DNA of 63,648 nucleotides, filler included, from Octopus bimaculoides (lineage: Eukaryota): the NCBI RefSeq assembly GCF_001194135.2. It is 5 parts of 5 records of this genome, joined end to end, with 100 filler letters (N's around TTAATTAATTAA, not from the genome) between each part and the next. Parts side by side here need not be neighbours in the genome. Positions count along the whole stretch, not along the records: positions 11,286 to 39,391 come from NC_068981.1; positions 39,492 to 53,059 come from NC_068983.1; 3 more parts are not named here. The stretch is one strand, 5' to 3'. Under the pieces are notes generated by a model. The model did no database searches. It saw only the letters and a program-made list of their open reading frames with translations, and was not told the DNA's origin. The position numbers and the translations under genes are program-made. Shown piece by piece: positions 27,694 to 39,589 of this stretch (the first letter of the stretch is position 1; every line of letters starts with the position of its first letter).

Positions 27694-28230
27694 GGAGTGA
27701 CTGTGTGGTAAGAAGCTTGTATCCCAACCACATGTTTCCGGGTTCAGTCCCAATGCATGCCATGTTGGGCAAGTGTCTTCTATTATAGCTTCAGGCTGAC
27801 CAAAGCCTTGTGAGTGGATTTCATAGACAGAAACTAAAAGAAGCCTGCAGTATAGGAAGGGCATCCAGCTGTAGAAACTCTGCCAAATTAGATTGGAGCC
27901 TGGTGTTACCATCCGGTTTCACCAGTCCTCAGTCAAATCGTCCAACCCATGCTAGCATGGAAAGCGGACGTTAAACGATGATGATGATGATGATGATGAT
28001 ATATATATATATATATGAATGTGTGTCTGTGTTTCTCCCTCCACCATTGCTTTACAACCAGCGTTTGTGTGTTTATGTCCCTGTAACTTAGTGGTTCAGC
28101 AAAAGAGATTGATAGAATAAGTAGTAGGCTTACAAAGAATAAGTCCTGGTATCAATTTCTTTGACTAAAGGCAGTGCTCCAGCATGGCCACAGTCAAATG
28201 ACTGAAACAAGTAGAAGAATAAAAAGAAAT
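27694..28230 (+). mobile_element. Full SINE family B (head + microsatellite + tail) with nested family C tail at ~27851-27999
   Basis: Head GGAGTGACTGTGTGGTAAGAAG...GGGTTCAGTCCC; RTE-type tail ending in (GAT)n inserted centrally; 3' part ends GACTGAAACAAGTAGAAGAATAAA. Confidence 0.75.
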
Positions 28231-28391
28231 TAAAGAATATATATATATATGTTATTTATTTGAAGGGCACAATACATGTATTTAAGTGCTACTAATAGTT
28301 TCATATGTTGATAAATACTCAAACATATTCTTCAGCCGCAAACCACATATCATAACGATATATAATATATAGACACACACATATACACTCA

Positions 28392-28453
<62 letters not shown>

Positions 28454-28701
28454 NNNNNNNNNNNNNNNNNNNNNNNNNNNNNNNNNNNNNNNNNNNNNNN
28501 NNNNNNNNNNNNNNNNNNNNNNNNNNNNNNNNNNNNNNNNNNNNNNNNNNNNNNNNNNNNNNNNNNNNNNNNNNNNNNNNNNNNNNNNNNNNNNNNNNNN
28601 NNNNNNNNNNNNNNNNNNNNNNNNNNNNNNNNNNNNNNNNNNNNNNNNNNNNNNNNNNNNNNNNNNNNNNNNNNNNNNNNNNNNNNNNNNNNNNNNNNNN
28701 N

Positions 28702-28744
<43 letters not shown>

Positions 28745-28749
<5 letters not shown>

Positions 28750-29520
28750 TCATCATCATCTTCATTTAACATCCGTTGTCCATACTGTCATAGGTTGAAC
28801 AGTTTGACAGGGCTGGCCTGCTGGAAGACTGTACCAGACTCCAGTCTGATTTGACATGGTTTTCTATGGCTGGATGCCCGTCCTAACACCAACCACTCCA
28901 AGAGTGTAATGGGTGCTTTTTTCATGGGGTTGGCATGGGTACCAATTTGTATAACATTGGTATCTGCCATGACTGCGATTTTGCTCAGCTTGATAGGTCT
29001 TCTTCTCAAGCATGATGTAATGTCAAAAGCCTTGGTCATTGCTTCCGTGAGCCCCAACACTCGAAAGGAGCTCAGCCATATCATCTCCATGAGGTCAACA
29101 CTCAAAAGGTACTTAGCCACTTTATCTCCATGTGGCCCAATGCTCGAAAGGAACTCAGCCACTTTGCCTCTGTCAGACCCAATGCTCGAAAGGAATTCAG
29201 CCACTATGCTACCAAGAGGCCCAATGCTTGAAAGGAACTCAGCTACTTTGCCTCCATGAGGCCCAATGTTCAAAGGTTGATTTTTTTATGTGTCACCAGC
29301 ACAGGTGCATTTGGCTTGATGGGTCCTCTTAAGTAGAGCACATCGCCAAAGGTCTTAGTCACTAGTCATTGCCTCTGTGAGGTCCAAAGTTTGAAGATCA
29401 TGCTTCACCACCTTGTCCCATGTCTTCCTGGATCTACTTCTACCATAGGTTCCACCTACATGTGACAAGAAAATTTTTCACACATCCTACCCCAGTAAAC
29501 TAAAGTACATCTCCGCTTCC
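28745..29520 (-). mobile_element. RTE 3' end with internal 42-bp minisatellite and family C tail
   Basis: Minus translation GRSRKTWDKVVKHDLQTLDLTEAMTSD*DLW is the RTE ORF end; followed by ~5.5 x 42-bp units (29050-29275) and a tail ending in (GAT)n. Confidence 0.75.
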
Positions 29521-32282
29521 TCACACCTCATCTTCATGCACCATGCTTATCTCTCCCTCCCCACTCCTGCAGTCCAATTTCGTCCTCCCTGCCTTGTCAA
29601 CTGTATCATTGCTATCCTGTTGTTTCCCCTTATATACTCAGAATTGAATAGTCACTGCGTTCCTCCCTCCCCCACCCCATCTTTACATTTATGTGAACTC
29701 CTCATTCACACACCTTGAGCAACCTTCTACTATCCCATTCATATTTACATCCCCATACGTTGAGAGTATGCACAGGCACATCGCCACCAGCTCTCTCCCT
29801 CTTACTGTCATAATCACGTATCTCTTCTACAACAAAACACTAGTTTCTGTCCCTCAGTCATATTCGAACTCCTCACCGCCAGGTACCATACAGTCCACTC
29901 TGTAAAATCGCTGGCATTAGGAAGAGCACCCATCCATAAAAATCATGCCAAAGCAGACTTCACTAGTGCTGGTGTCATGTGAAAAGCACTCAGTTTGTTC
30001 TGTAAAGTGATTGGCATTAGGAAGGGCATTCAGTTATAGAAACCATGTCAAAATAGACAGTGGAGCTTGATGCAGTCATCTGGCTTGTTAGCTCCTGTCA
30101 AACTGTCCAACCTATGCCAGCATGAAAGACGGGTGTTAAATGATGATGAGGAGGATGATGATGATGATGGTGATGATGATTATATGTATGTATATGTATA
30201 TATTGGCTGTGTGGTTGAGAATTTTGTTTCACAATCATGTGGTTTCTTCTCAACAATTTTTTCCTAACATTCTAGTTAGTTCCATATTCAAAAGAGAGAA
30301 TGTAAAGAATCCTTTTATAAAATTTTCTTTCAAAGCTGTGATCTTTTTCTCACTTTCAGGGTTTTATACATCCATGAATTACACCCATAAAGTGCAGTTG
30401 AAATTGTTATTGCTCTTAAAAAAAGTAATTATTATTATTGCTGGTGTTATTGTCATCATTTTATCTTTACAAACATTTTGCTGTAGCTGTTGCAATCTAA
30501 TATTTTACCTGTTTCTTTGATCTTGTATCTTCCATTATTATCTTTTCCAAATATTTAAACTTGTTTGAAATGCCTTCCTGTTATTTTAATCTTCACTGAC
30601 TATTTTCTTCTTGAATATACTAATTATCTTTTTTTTTTTTTTGTCAATATTTATTTCTACTCCATATCTTCTTGTAGTTGTATCATGATATGTTGGTTAG
30701 ATCATTAAGTTCTTCAATTTCTCCTATTAAATCAATATCACTGGAAAAATGGAAAATACTGACTTCTCTACCTCCTACTTTAATATTTTTTTCAAAAGAT
30801 TCAAGGGTTTCTAGAAGCATATTACAGAGGCTTGGTTAAAGACAACCATACCCTTGTCTGACACCATATGTTGTTTTAAGTCAGTTACTGGGTGAATTTC
30901 CAACCAAAACTATCCTGCATTTATTTAGACATAGTGTATCTAGAAGTATATTATCAAATATATCCTTTTGAAAAAGACTGTAATGTATGATCCAAGAAAG
31001 ACTTGGCTGATATTTCTACCAGGCTGAGTGACTGCACAGGGATTCCTTCATGTTTTCCATTGTAATCCTCATATCCCGAAATGGACATGAATTCATCTAT
31101 GCAAGCCAACTAAATATTTGTTAATTACAGCCATTAATAACCAAGTGGAATAAGCTTTAAATTGTTAATTACATCCATTAATAGCTAAGTGGAATAAACT
31201 ATAAATATTACTCTACTATGTACAGCAACCATAGAGAGACAAGGAGTTAAGGACAGAAGTAAGGAAGAGTAAACGAAAGAGTCTCATATTTCTGGTGGAC
31301 AAAGCTGTATGAGTTGAAGTTGATAAAAGAGAATTAACAGGAAGTGGGTCTGAAAAAATACTTGACTAGAGATAAGAATTCAGAAACGAAATGGGAAACA
31401 GAATTAACAACTTTCTTCCAACCTGCATAGAAAATAAAATTGAATGCAAAATCATGTTGTATGATGATCATTGATGGATATGATAATGGTGGTGATAGAG
31501 TGCTGGTGCTGCTGTTGCTGGTGCTGCTGGTAATTCTGGTGGTTGTGGTTGTGAACATGATGATAACAATGATGACAGTGATGATAACAATGAGGACAGT
31601 GATGATAACAATGCAAAGATGATGATAATAATATTGACGATGATGATGTTTATGTTTTAGGATATCTTTACCTTTCCAAAGTTTAGTTTGTTCATGCTAA
31701 CAAAACAGGTCATTTAGCAAACTAAACCTCTCTCCATGGTACATATTTTAGTTCAAAAGGAAGATTGCTAATCCTAAAGATTTTCAGCCATCTTCATGCA
31801 ATGTTTATTTACTTCCAGGGCCATGGAAAGGTAGGTCCAGTAGTTATCCTGTTTGCTGTTGTCGGTCAATTTAGATATTAGGGTTGTGTCTCAGATTCAC
31901 TTGGTTACCATCCTCGGTATGTTTGTCATGCTGACCAATAGTCAAACTGGAAGAGACATTCAAGGAATAAAAAATCATTCATGACTTTTGGAGCTTAAAG
32001 TCTCTGCCTCCTTGTATATGTATTGCAAAACACCTGTCTCTTACATGGGATTTCTCCATCGAAAATTTTTGAAGCTCAGTACTGAACATTAAAAGAATTT
32101 CTCAATAATACAATGTCTTAGTCACTTATAAGGATGTGACTCATGATTTAAAGGCATTCTAGCTGTTTTCCTATCTTTGGGATACTTATTTAAGTCCATG
32201 AAACATGGGACATCAATGACTCAGCTCAACTCTGGCTTGTCTTCCTTGTGGGCAAGCCTTTTCCTTGGTCTTCTTGGTTTAA

Positions 32283-32496
32283 CCCTTTAGCATTTAAACC
32301 AACCATATCTGGCCAAAATATTCCAACTGCTTTATGTCAAACTGATCAGATCCAGGCTCTCACACCCTACAATGTTATTCTACATTAAATAATCACATCA
32401 TCAAAATGTTGAAGATATGGAATAATGCATGATTAATTCAAAACAATGTGAATCAATAAGCATTATGCTTGACAAAATAATCTGAACACTAAAGGG
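32283..32496. mobile_element. piggyBac-type MITE
   Basis: TTAA|CCCTTTAGCATTTAAA ... TCTGAACACTAAAGGG|TTAA: terminal inverted repeats flanked by TTAA on both sides. Confidence 0.8.
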
Positions 32497-33260
32497 TTAA
32501 ATTGTTATCTGCTTCTGTAACTTTATTTTTTCTAGGTAAGAGTGTTGGCCCTACACAAACCCATTTTTACCTCTGGAAAGAGATGATCTATATTAGTCTG
32601 GTCTCTGTCCTTTAACCTCTACAGCATGGAAGACCCTACCAGAAACTTGCACACTGCTGGCATAGCTTTCTGGATCATTAAGGTATACAAGCCACCACAC
32701 TACAACAATAACTGGGTCTTGTGGTGATATCTTTTGGATATCTAAGACTAATTTTGTTGGCTGTGATATTTCTTTTTAAGGTAACAGAATGTGATGTGGA
32801 GATTTGGTTGTTATTTCAAGCAGACAAAGTGACTACATAGAGGCTCCTTCTGCTGGTATCAATGCTTTTGATATGAGTATAGTTGTTATTGTCATAACCT
32901 TTTCCTTCCTGAGTTCACCTCTTCCTATATGAACAAAAGACAATGTCTTTGCCACTTACAACGAACAATGAGAGAATCTCTACATAACAGTTCAGCCATT
33001 AGATACAGTAGCCAAATCATCCTCAAATCATATCTAAACATCTTAAAAAAAGAGGAAGAGTCAAGATAGATAATTTAGTTTTAAAGAAATAAAAATAAAT
33101 GAATTTCTGATGACGAGTTTTCAGTTGCTCAATCAAGTGTACTGCCTACTTGTTGAATTAGCATATAAGTGGCTAAATATTCCACTGACACATGTTCCTT
33201 TAATGTTTTTTTTCAGGTAGAGTCAACATGACAATACATGTGACTATGATGGACCTTTAA

Positions 33261-33458
33261 CCATTTAGTATTCAAACCAGTCATATCTGGCTCAAATATT
33301 CAAACCGTTTTGTGTTCAAACTGGCCAAATCCAGCCTCTCACACCAACCCAACAATGTTTTTCAAAAAATAAACAATCACATCATAAGGAATAATTAATT
33401 CAAGACAATGTGAATAAATAAGCATAACATTTGATAGAGTAATCTGAATACTAAAGGG
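33261..33458. mobile_element. Second copy of the piggyBac-type MITE
   Basis: TTAA|CCATTTAGTATTCAAA ... TCTGAATACTAAAGGG|TTAG; internal sequence alignable to 32283-32496. Confidence 0.75.
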
Positions 33459-35070
33459 TTAGGCTTCCTTACAGTTTCCATCTAGTTTAACTCACAAGCC
33501 TTGGGTTGATCTAAAGTTATGATAAAAGATACTTGGCCAACATGTCACACAGTGAGATCGAACTCAAAACTTCATGATTGCAAAGTGAATTAATAGATGC
33601 CCTAACTGCATCTATAGTTCTAGATACTGCCCATAAAAAAAAAAGACAAGATGACCATGGTTGGAATATTTTTGATCATTGCTCTAATTAGTCATGGTTG
33701 ATCTTTTCCTGTTATACATATTTTAGCTTGAAGGAAGTTATTCATGGTGTTAAAGTTCTGGTATTCTTCATATCATTCCTGGTAACACCCTCAGTGGCAG
33801 TGGGTGTTACCAGGAATAAAGCTTGATGATAGTATCAACATTAAAGGTAGCAATAGTAGTAGCAGTGATGGTAGAGTGATGGTGGTGGTAGTACTGGTGA
33901 TAGTTTTGTTATTAATCATATGATGGTGATATACATGGCACTAATAACATATCCTATCTCTCTTTTGAATAGAGTATTAAGTTTTCTATCGTACATGAAC
34001 ATAGAAAATAACATGAAATAAAAAAGAGAAAATATCTTTAATTGAAACATTTGAAATTATCTATAGAAGGAGAAAAAAATAAAACTAATCGAGAAAAATA
34101 TATATAACATAAACAACACCAACCTGTGCTGTGATTGCAAGCGTTTTCGCTAATGTGCAACAGTTTATTGCTGATCAATTTGGGTGTCGACATTATTAAA
34201 CTGTCATCAAAACAGTTTTCACAAGCACACATTAATGACATCCATTACGCTCAAATCAAAACAAATATATTGGAATAAATATAATGGCTATTACCATGTT
34301 TAAGACAAAACAATTCTGATCTCAGTCAGTCATGTGTTGCTGGTTTCCACAGAATGTTATAACTATTTGACAATCTGTTTTGAGAAAGATCAATAGATGA
34401 ACAAAGAGTTGAGTGAAATAAATCGAAACATTTTGATTCTTATTTGGTAAGCGAGATGTTGATGATGGAAACAAGAAATGCAATTGTCTGTACTGTACAA
34501 TAATTCATGTGAAGGTCAGTGTGATAGGAGGAAGGTTATGATGCCTGTTAAAGTAACTGTATGTTACTTGTGATTGGAGTGAGACTAAAGTGTTCCTATT
34601 GATGTTTTTGTTGTTGTTATTGTTATTATTGATATTGATATTATTTGTTTCTGATGATGATAATATTGCTTAATGATATTAATGACACCAAAGGAAATAC
34701 TAATAGAAGTTGTGTGTGTATGTGTGTGTGTGCATACGCACATATGCGTGTATGTGTGCGTGTGTGTGCATATGTGTCTGTGCATGCATATGTGTGAGGG
34801 GGATTGGATCAGAAGTGCTATGTCAATGTCATTAGAGTGTGAGTAGAAAGTGAGGCAATCCCAAAGCTCTTTGAAAGTCTTCCCAAACTGGAAGAATCAA
34901 TGCAGTTATTAGGTATCACTGCTATTGCTATAAATACTGAAACTTAAAAGCAGTGCTCATGAGTATAGTGGGAGACTGGCTCACTGAGTCTTTGACTATG
35001 ACATTTATATCTTGCTTTTCAGTTCAAGTAGTTGTAAATACATACAACTACAGAAAGAGGAAGCACTGTA

Positions 35071-36354
35071 CAGGGTGTGGATGGTATTTGTTTGCAATTT
35101 TCAATTGCTTATTTTACGCATATTTTTTTTTACTTTCGCTGTCAGTCTTTTTCTTTTTAAAAGCAACAATCATTTTTGCTTTATTTTTGTGCAGAATAAT
35201 TGACTTTAGAAAATTTTGGGCCCAATCAGTTTGAAGAAGAAGCTTAGAGTCCTCCTTGGAATCCACACCAGAAGAATAGACAAGGAGATTTCAGACTTCC
35301 TCAACATCAGCAGAAGGATGGTGGAAAAGGCAAGAAAGGAGCTGGAAGATTCAGGATTCTACTATGAGGTGACAACAGAGAGGAAAACCCATGATTGATG
35401 ATCTGATGTCATCAGAATGCTGAAATTTGTCGATGAAATTCAGGAAATCATCAAAAATGATTCCAGCAAGTCAGTACCTGCCATTGCAAGTAAGAAAGGT
35501 GGGGATGAAAAGCTCATCAGACTGGTGGTGCATGAGTACATTTGTTACTTTTCATACAAGATGTGAAAAGGACAATTTCTATCCAAGATGACGCAGGAAA
35601 AGTGACTCAAGCACACCAAGATGCTGATCAACAAGTTGAAATATCTAGTGGAGCCAGACATGCTGTGGTACTTCACTCTTCTGCCAAGACCAGAATATCA
35701 ACTCTCAGAACAACAGATGGCTCTCTGTCTCACTCAAGGACGTGCCTAGAGTCATACAGATAACATTTTCAATGATAATCATGGTCTTCAATGTCATCAG
35801 CAATAAAGGTGATGTCATACAACCCACTTCTTCCCTGAACGCCTGAGGCTGAACATTGACAGCTACATCTGTGCTCTGAGTGAGGTGGTGAAGGCCTGGA
35901 TTGACCAGGTAGTTACAGGGAGGCTGTGCATGTGGTAGCAAGACTCTGCATCATGATACACCAGGCCTGGCTGTCAGAGAATTTCTTTGATCCCACAGCA
36001 CTTGATATTTGGCCTCCCAACTTGCCTGAATGCAACCCCCTCGACTTCTTTGCTTGGGGCTTGGTGGAATAAGAGATAAACAAATCCAGCTGAGAAATGG
36101 ACGATGAGCTGAGGGCCAGAATTACACAGGTCTTCAGAGGTCTAAAACAGGAGATAGTGATGAAGGCCTGTAACCATTTCCAAGGTCAGCTGGAAGCTGT
36201 CATCAAGACCAAAAGTGGGGTCATTGAGTGAGATCAACAGAACATGTTATGAAGACAAACTGACTTAAATTTGACAAATATATCTCAAAAATTAAAAACA
36301 CTTTTATTTTTTCCTGAGACAGTCATTGTGCAAACGAATACCATCCACACCTTG
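35071..36354 (+). mobile_element. Full-length but dead Tc1/mariner element, maT (DD37D)-like
   Basis: TA|CAGGGTGTGGATGGTATTTGTTTGCA and TGCAAACGAATACCATCCACACCTTG|TA TIRs, 1284 bp. Broken transposase with NSQNNRW, W*QDSA and WPPNLPECNPLDFFAWG motifs. Confidence 0.9.
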
Positions 36355-36839
36355 TATGATGAACAAAACTTTTGTTTAGTTTGCAATGCTGACTTTATGT
36401 TGTCTCGTGAATCAAAAAGTGGGACATGCTTACACAAGAGACGCCACTCATCTCAATATGTTTCTCATTAGCTATCAATCATTGTCCAACATTGGTTTTG
36501 TGTCTAAGTCTTGGTGTGTCTGTTACTAAACTTCTCACATAAACAGCTATCTACTGTCTATGTCAACAGTTTAATTGACAAGCCAATGAGGAAGCTCTGG
36601 TAGAAATAGCAACCAAGTTTCCACCCACCTCACATTTAATAATCTTAAAATTGGATGGACACATTGGATGATATAATCTGAAGGAAAAAGGGAATACAAT
36701 ACTTGTCGATCATAGATTTGCTCAACCTTTTAGTGAGTGTAGTACTCATCCAGCATTTAATTCTTTACCTCTTTTCTCTCAATTCCTCCTTCTCTCTCCC
36801 CCTCCTCTCTCTCCCTCTGTATGTGTGTGTGTATGTATG

Positions 36840-36883
<44 letters not shown>

Positions 36884-36936
36884 GTTTATGTATTTGTTTA
36901 GCAAGATTCCTTATATCAAATTGTGTGTTGAAACAG

Positions 36937-37201
36937 ATATTGTTATATTTCAGGATGGTCATCTTTTTTACTTGCCATTTCAACACACTATATATCCATT
37001 CTTCACTTGTTTATTATTGTTCTTATTTTATCTCCATAATCTGGAAAATTTTCATCTCACACCTATAATCTCATCCGCAACCTTCCATCCTGAAGAGGTC
37101 TCAGGTGTATGACAAAAGATTTCTAGACTATGGACATAAAATAAGAACAATAATAAACAAGTAAACAATGAATAAATGACCATCCTGAAATATAACAATA
37201 T
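36937..37201. mobile_element. Fold-back MITE (~265 bp)
   Basis: TATTGTTATATTTCAGGATGGTCAT / ATGACCATCCTGAAATATAACAATA perfect 25-bp IR, plus inner IR ACTTGTTTATTATTGTTCTTATTTTAT / ATAAAATAAGAACAATAATAAACAAGT. Confidence 0.85.
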
Positions 37202-37272
37202 ATATATATATATATATACACACATATGTATGTACATGCATATATAAATGTGTGTATGTGTGTGTATGTATG

Positions 37273-37353
<81 letters not shown>

Positions 37354-37524
37354 GGAAGAAGGAGGAATAGAGAGAAAAGAGGTAAAGAATTAAATATTGG
37401 ATGAGTACTACAATCACTAAAATCTGATATGAAATTTTACTCACACACACACATATATATTTATATTAGCAAAAATGCTAATTCTAAAATCTCTCTATGA
37501 GATCACTGCAGTAGTTGTACTAAT

Positions 37525-38007
37525 AAGTAATGTTCGTAGCTGCTTCAACATGGCTGTTCATTCAAACAGACGTTACTGCAATTTTTTTAACCCCAAGAGG
37601 ACATCCCCTCTAGCTGGTTAACAATGCACAGCTCCATCTGAGATATTGCAAGCAGGGGAGCGAAGACCTACCACCTTCTAGCAATGGGACCAGAAGACTA
37701 GCCTCGTTTCAGGCTATTTCTTCTTATTGCAAGCAGAAGCGAGCTACTGCCATCTCTAGCAGACGAGATGTCCAATACTGAAGAGAGACAAAAATAGCCC
37801 AAAACCAGGCTGGTCAGCTGGTCCTGTTGCTAGAAGATGGTAGGGATTTGCTCCCTTGCTTGCAGTCACCCAGATGCAGGTGTGCATCATTAACCAGCTA
37901 GAGATGTCCTCTTGGGGTTAAAAAATCACAATAAAGTCCTGTGAATAAATACTGTGAATAATGACCATTCAAACACAGCCATGTTGAAGTGGCTATGAAC
38001 ATTACTT
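37525..38007. mobile_element. Fold-back element (~480 bp, arms ~200 bp)
   Basis: AAGTAATGTTCGTAGCTGCTTCAACATGGCTGT...TTAACCCCAAGAGGACATC... mirrored by ...GATGTCCTCTTGGGGTTAA...ACAGCCATGTTGAAGTGGCTATGAACATTACTT. Confidence 0.85.
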
Positions 38008-38379
38008 TTATATATATATATCATTTCAAATTTGTATGAATTTATATAGAATAATATATCAGTTGAATAAAGTTAAGGCATGGTCTGGTTTTCATGTTTT
38101 TTATTATGGTATTTTAACATGAAAAAAATATTTTGTAATGCTCATAAAGTTAAATTAATACTTTCATACATAGTGTAATCATTAAATTTCAAATGTATTC
38201 AACTGACAGTTGAGTTCTTGACAACTTTAGTACCTCTTAGAATGCTCCAACATGCTGAATTTCTAGAATACTTTTTTGACCAATCTACATGCATCTTAAA
38301 CATCACAGTTTGCCAGGTTTACCAATATTCAGTAACTTGTTTATATTTATATGCTAGTGATATTTTTTGATCCATATCA

Positions 38380-39391
38380 TTAACTGTTTGTTATATTAAT
38401 GCTGTTATTTCCATTCAGAACAGGTTTCAACATTTTAATAAACCGTTTTTCTTTTATCTTTCTTCCAACCTCACTTGTGTCATGTAATTTGTGGAAAGGA
38501 AAAATTAGAAACATTTTCTGACCAAATTTCTCTATATGTTCACCCAATGGAATTTGGCAAACATTGGTGTTCCGGATTTGGCAAACATTGGTGTTCCCTG
38601 ACTCGCCTATATATATAATTCCTAGCAATTGGGGCATTTAATGCAGTAGATCAAATTTCTGCTTTTGCAGTTCATATCTGGATTTGTGAAAATCTGTCAG
38701 TTTTTTTGTTCTAATGGATCTACCAGTATGCATGTATTGACATGTTCCACATCTGTTACCATTACACTTGGATACTGTGAATGTTTTATCCTGTTCGTTT
38801 ATGTTTAATTTTGCCTTTGTTAAGTGGTTGCCTTTTGCTTAGGATAAGTGTTTGATTGGTTATGTTTTTTTAATTTTTCTCTTTGTTTTATGATTGGCAA
38901 ATTTGTTTTGATGATTTTAAAAATGTTTCGGTGATGCAGATTGTGTGTTACTAGAAATGGTATTGTGTTCCTTTGATGGGTTTGTCTTTTTCGTGTTGCT
39001 CTAAGTTGTTCTGTAGTTATCTCTTTTGTTCATTTTATGCTATTTTCTATAAGTAGGGGAGGGTAATTTTGCTTGAGCAGAAATCCTTTGAGTTCTATAA
39101 ATCATGTTTCTGGTATTTGGATCATTGACTATAGTACAAATTTTTCTGGATGTTGCGTTTTGTATGTGTTGAGTGGTATGATTTGAAATTTAGGTACTGG
39201 TGTGTATCTGCGCTTTTGTAATAACTATTAGTTGTAATTGTGGTGTTGTTTTTAATTACCATTATGTCAAGAAATGGTAATTGTGTGTTGCTCATTTCTC
39301 TTGTGAATTTGAGACTAGGGTGTAGATTATTGAGGAGGGTGCTGAATTCTTCCAGATTTTCTAGGGGTTTGATCCAAATTAGGAAACAATC
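38380..39391 (-). mobile_element. Penelope-like element 3' remnant (linker + GIY-YIG)
   Basis: Minus: KCNGNRCGTCQYM linker, MNCKSRNLIYCIKCPNC, YIGESG, RKIKEKRFIKMLKPVLN. Cut at the 39392 assembly join. Confidence 0.85.
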
Positions 39392-39491
39392 NNNNNNNNN
39401 NNNNNNNNNNNNNNNNNNNNNNNNNNNNNNNNNNNTTAATTAATTAANNNNNNNNNNNNNNNNNNNNNNNNNNNNNNNNNNNNNNNNNNNN
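39392..39491. other. Assembly join with TTAATTAATTAA linker
   Basis: 44 N + 12-mer + 44 N. Confidence 0.95.
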
Positions 39492-39535
39492 TATATATAT
39501 ATAATAAACAGAATCTGAAAGAAGCGTGTCCTGTA

Positions 39536-39589
<54 letters not shown>

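Noticed and set aside
29050-29275. CRISPR-like regularly spaced repeats
   Set aside because: Contiguous degenerate tandem units with no unique spacers, in a eukaryotic retroposon context.
37080-37135. CTGAAGAGGTC...GACAAAAG resembling a hammerhead
   Set aside because: It lies in the centre and arm of the 36937-37201 fold-back, whose pairing explains the sequence better.
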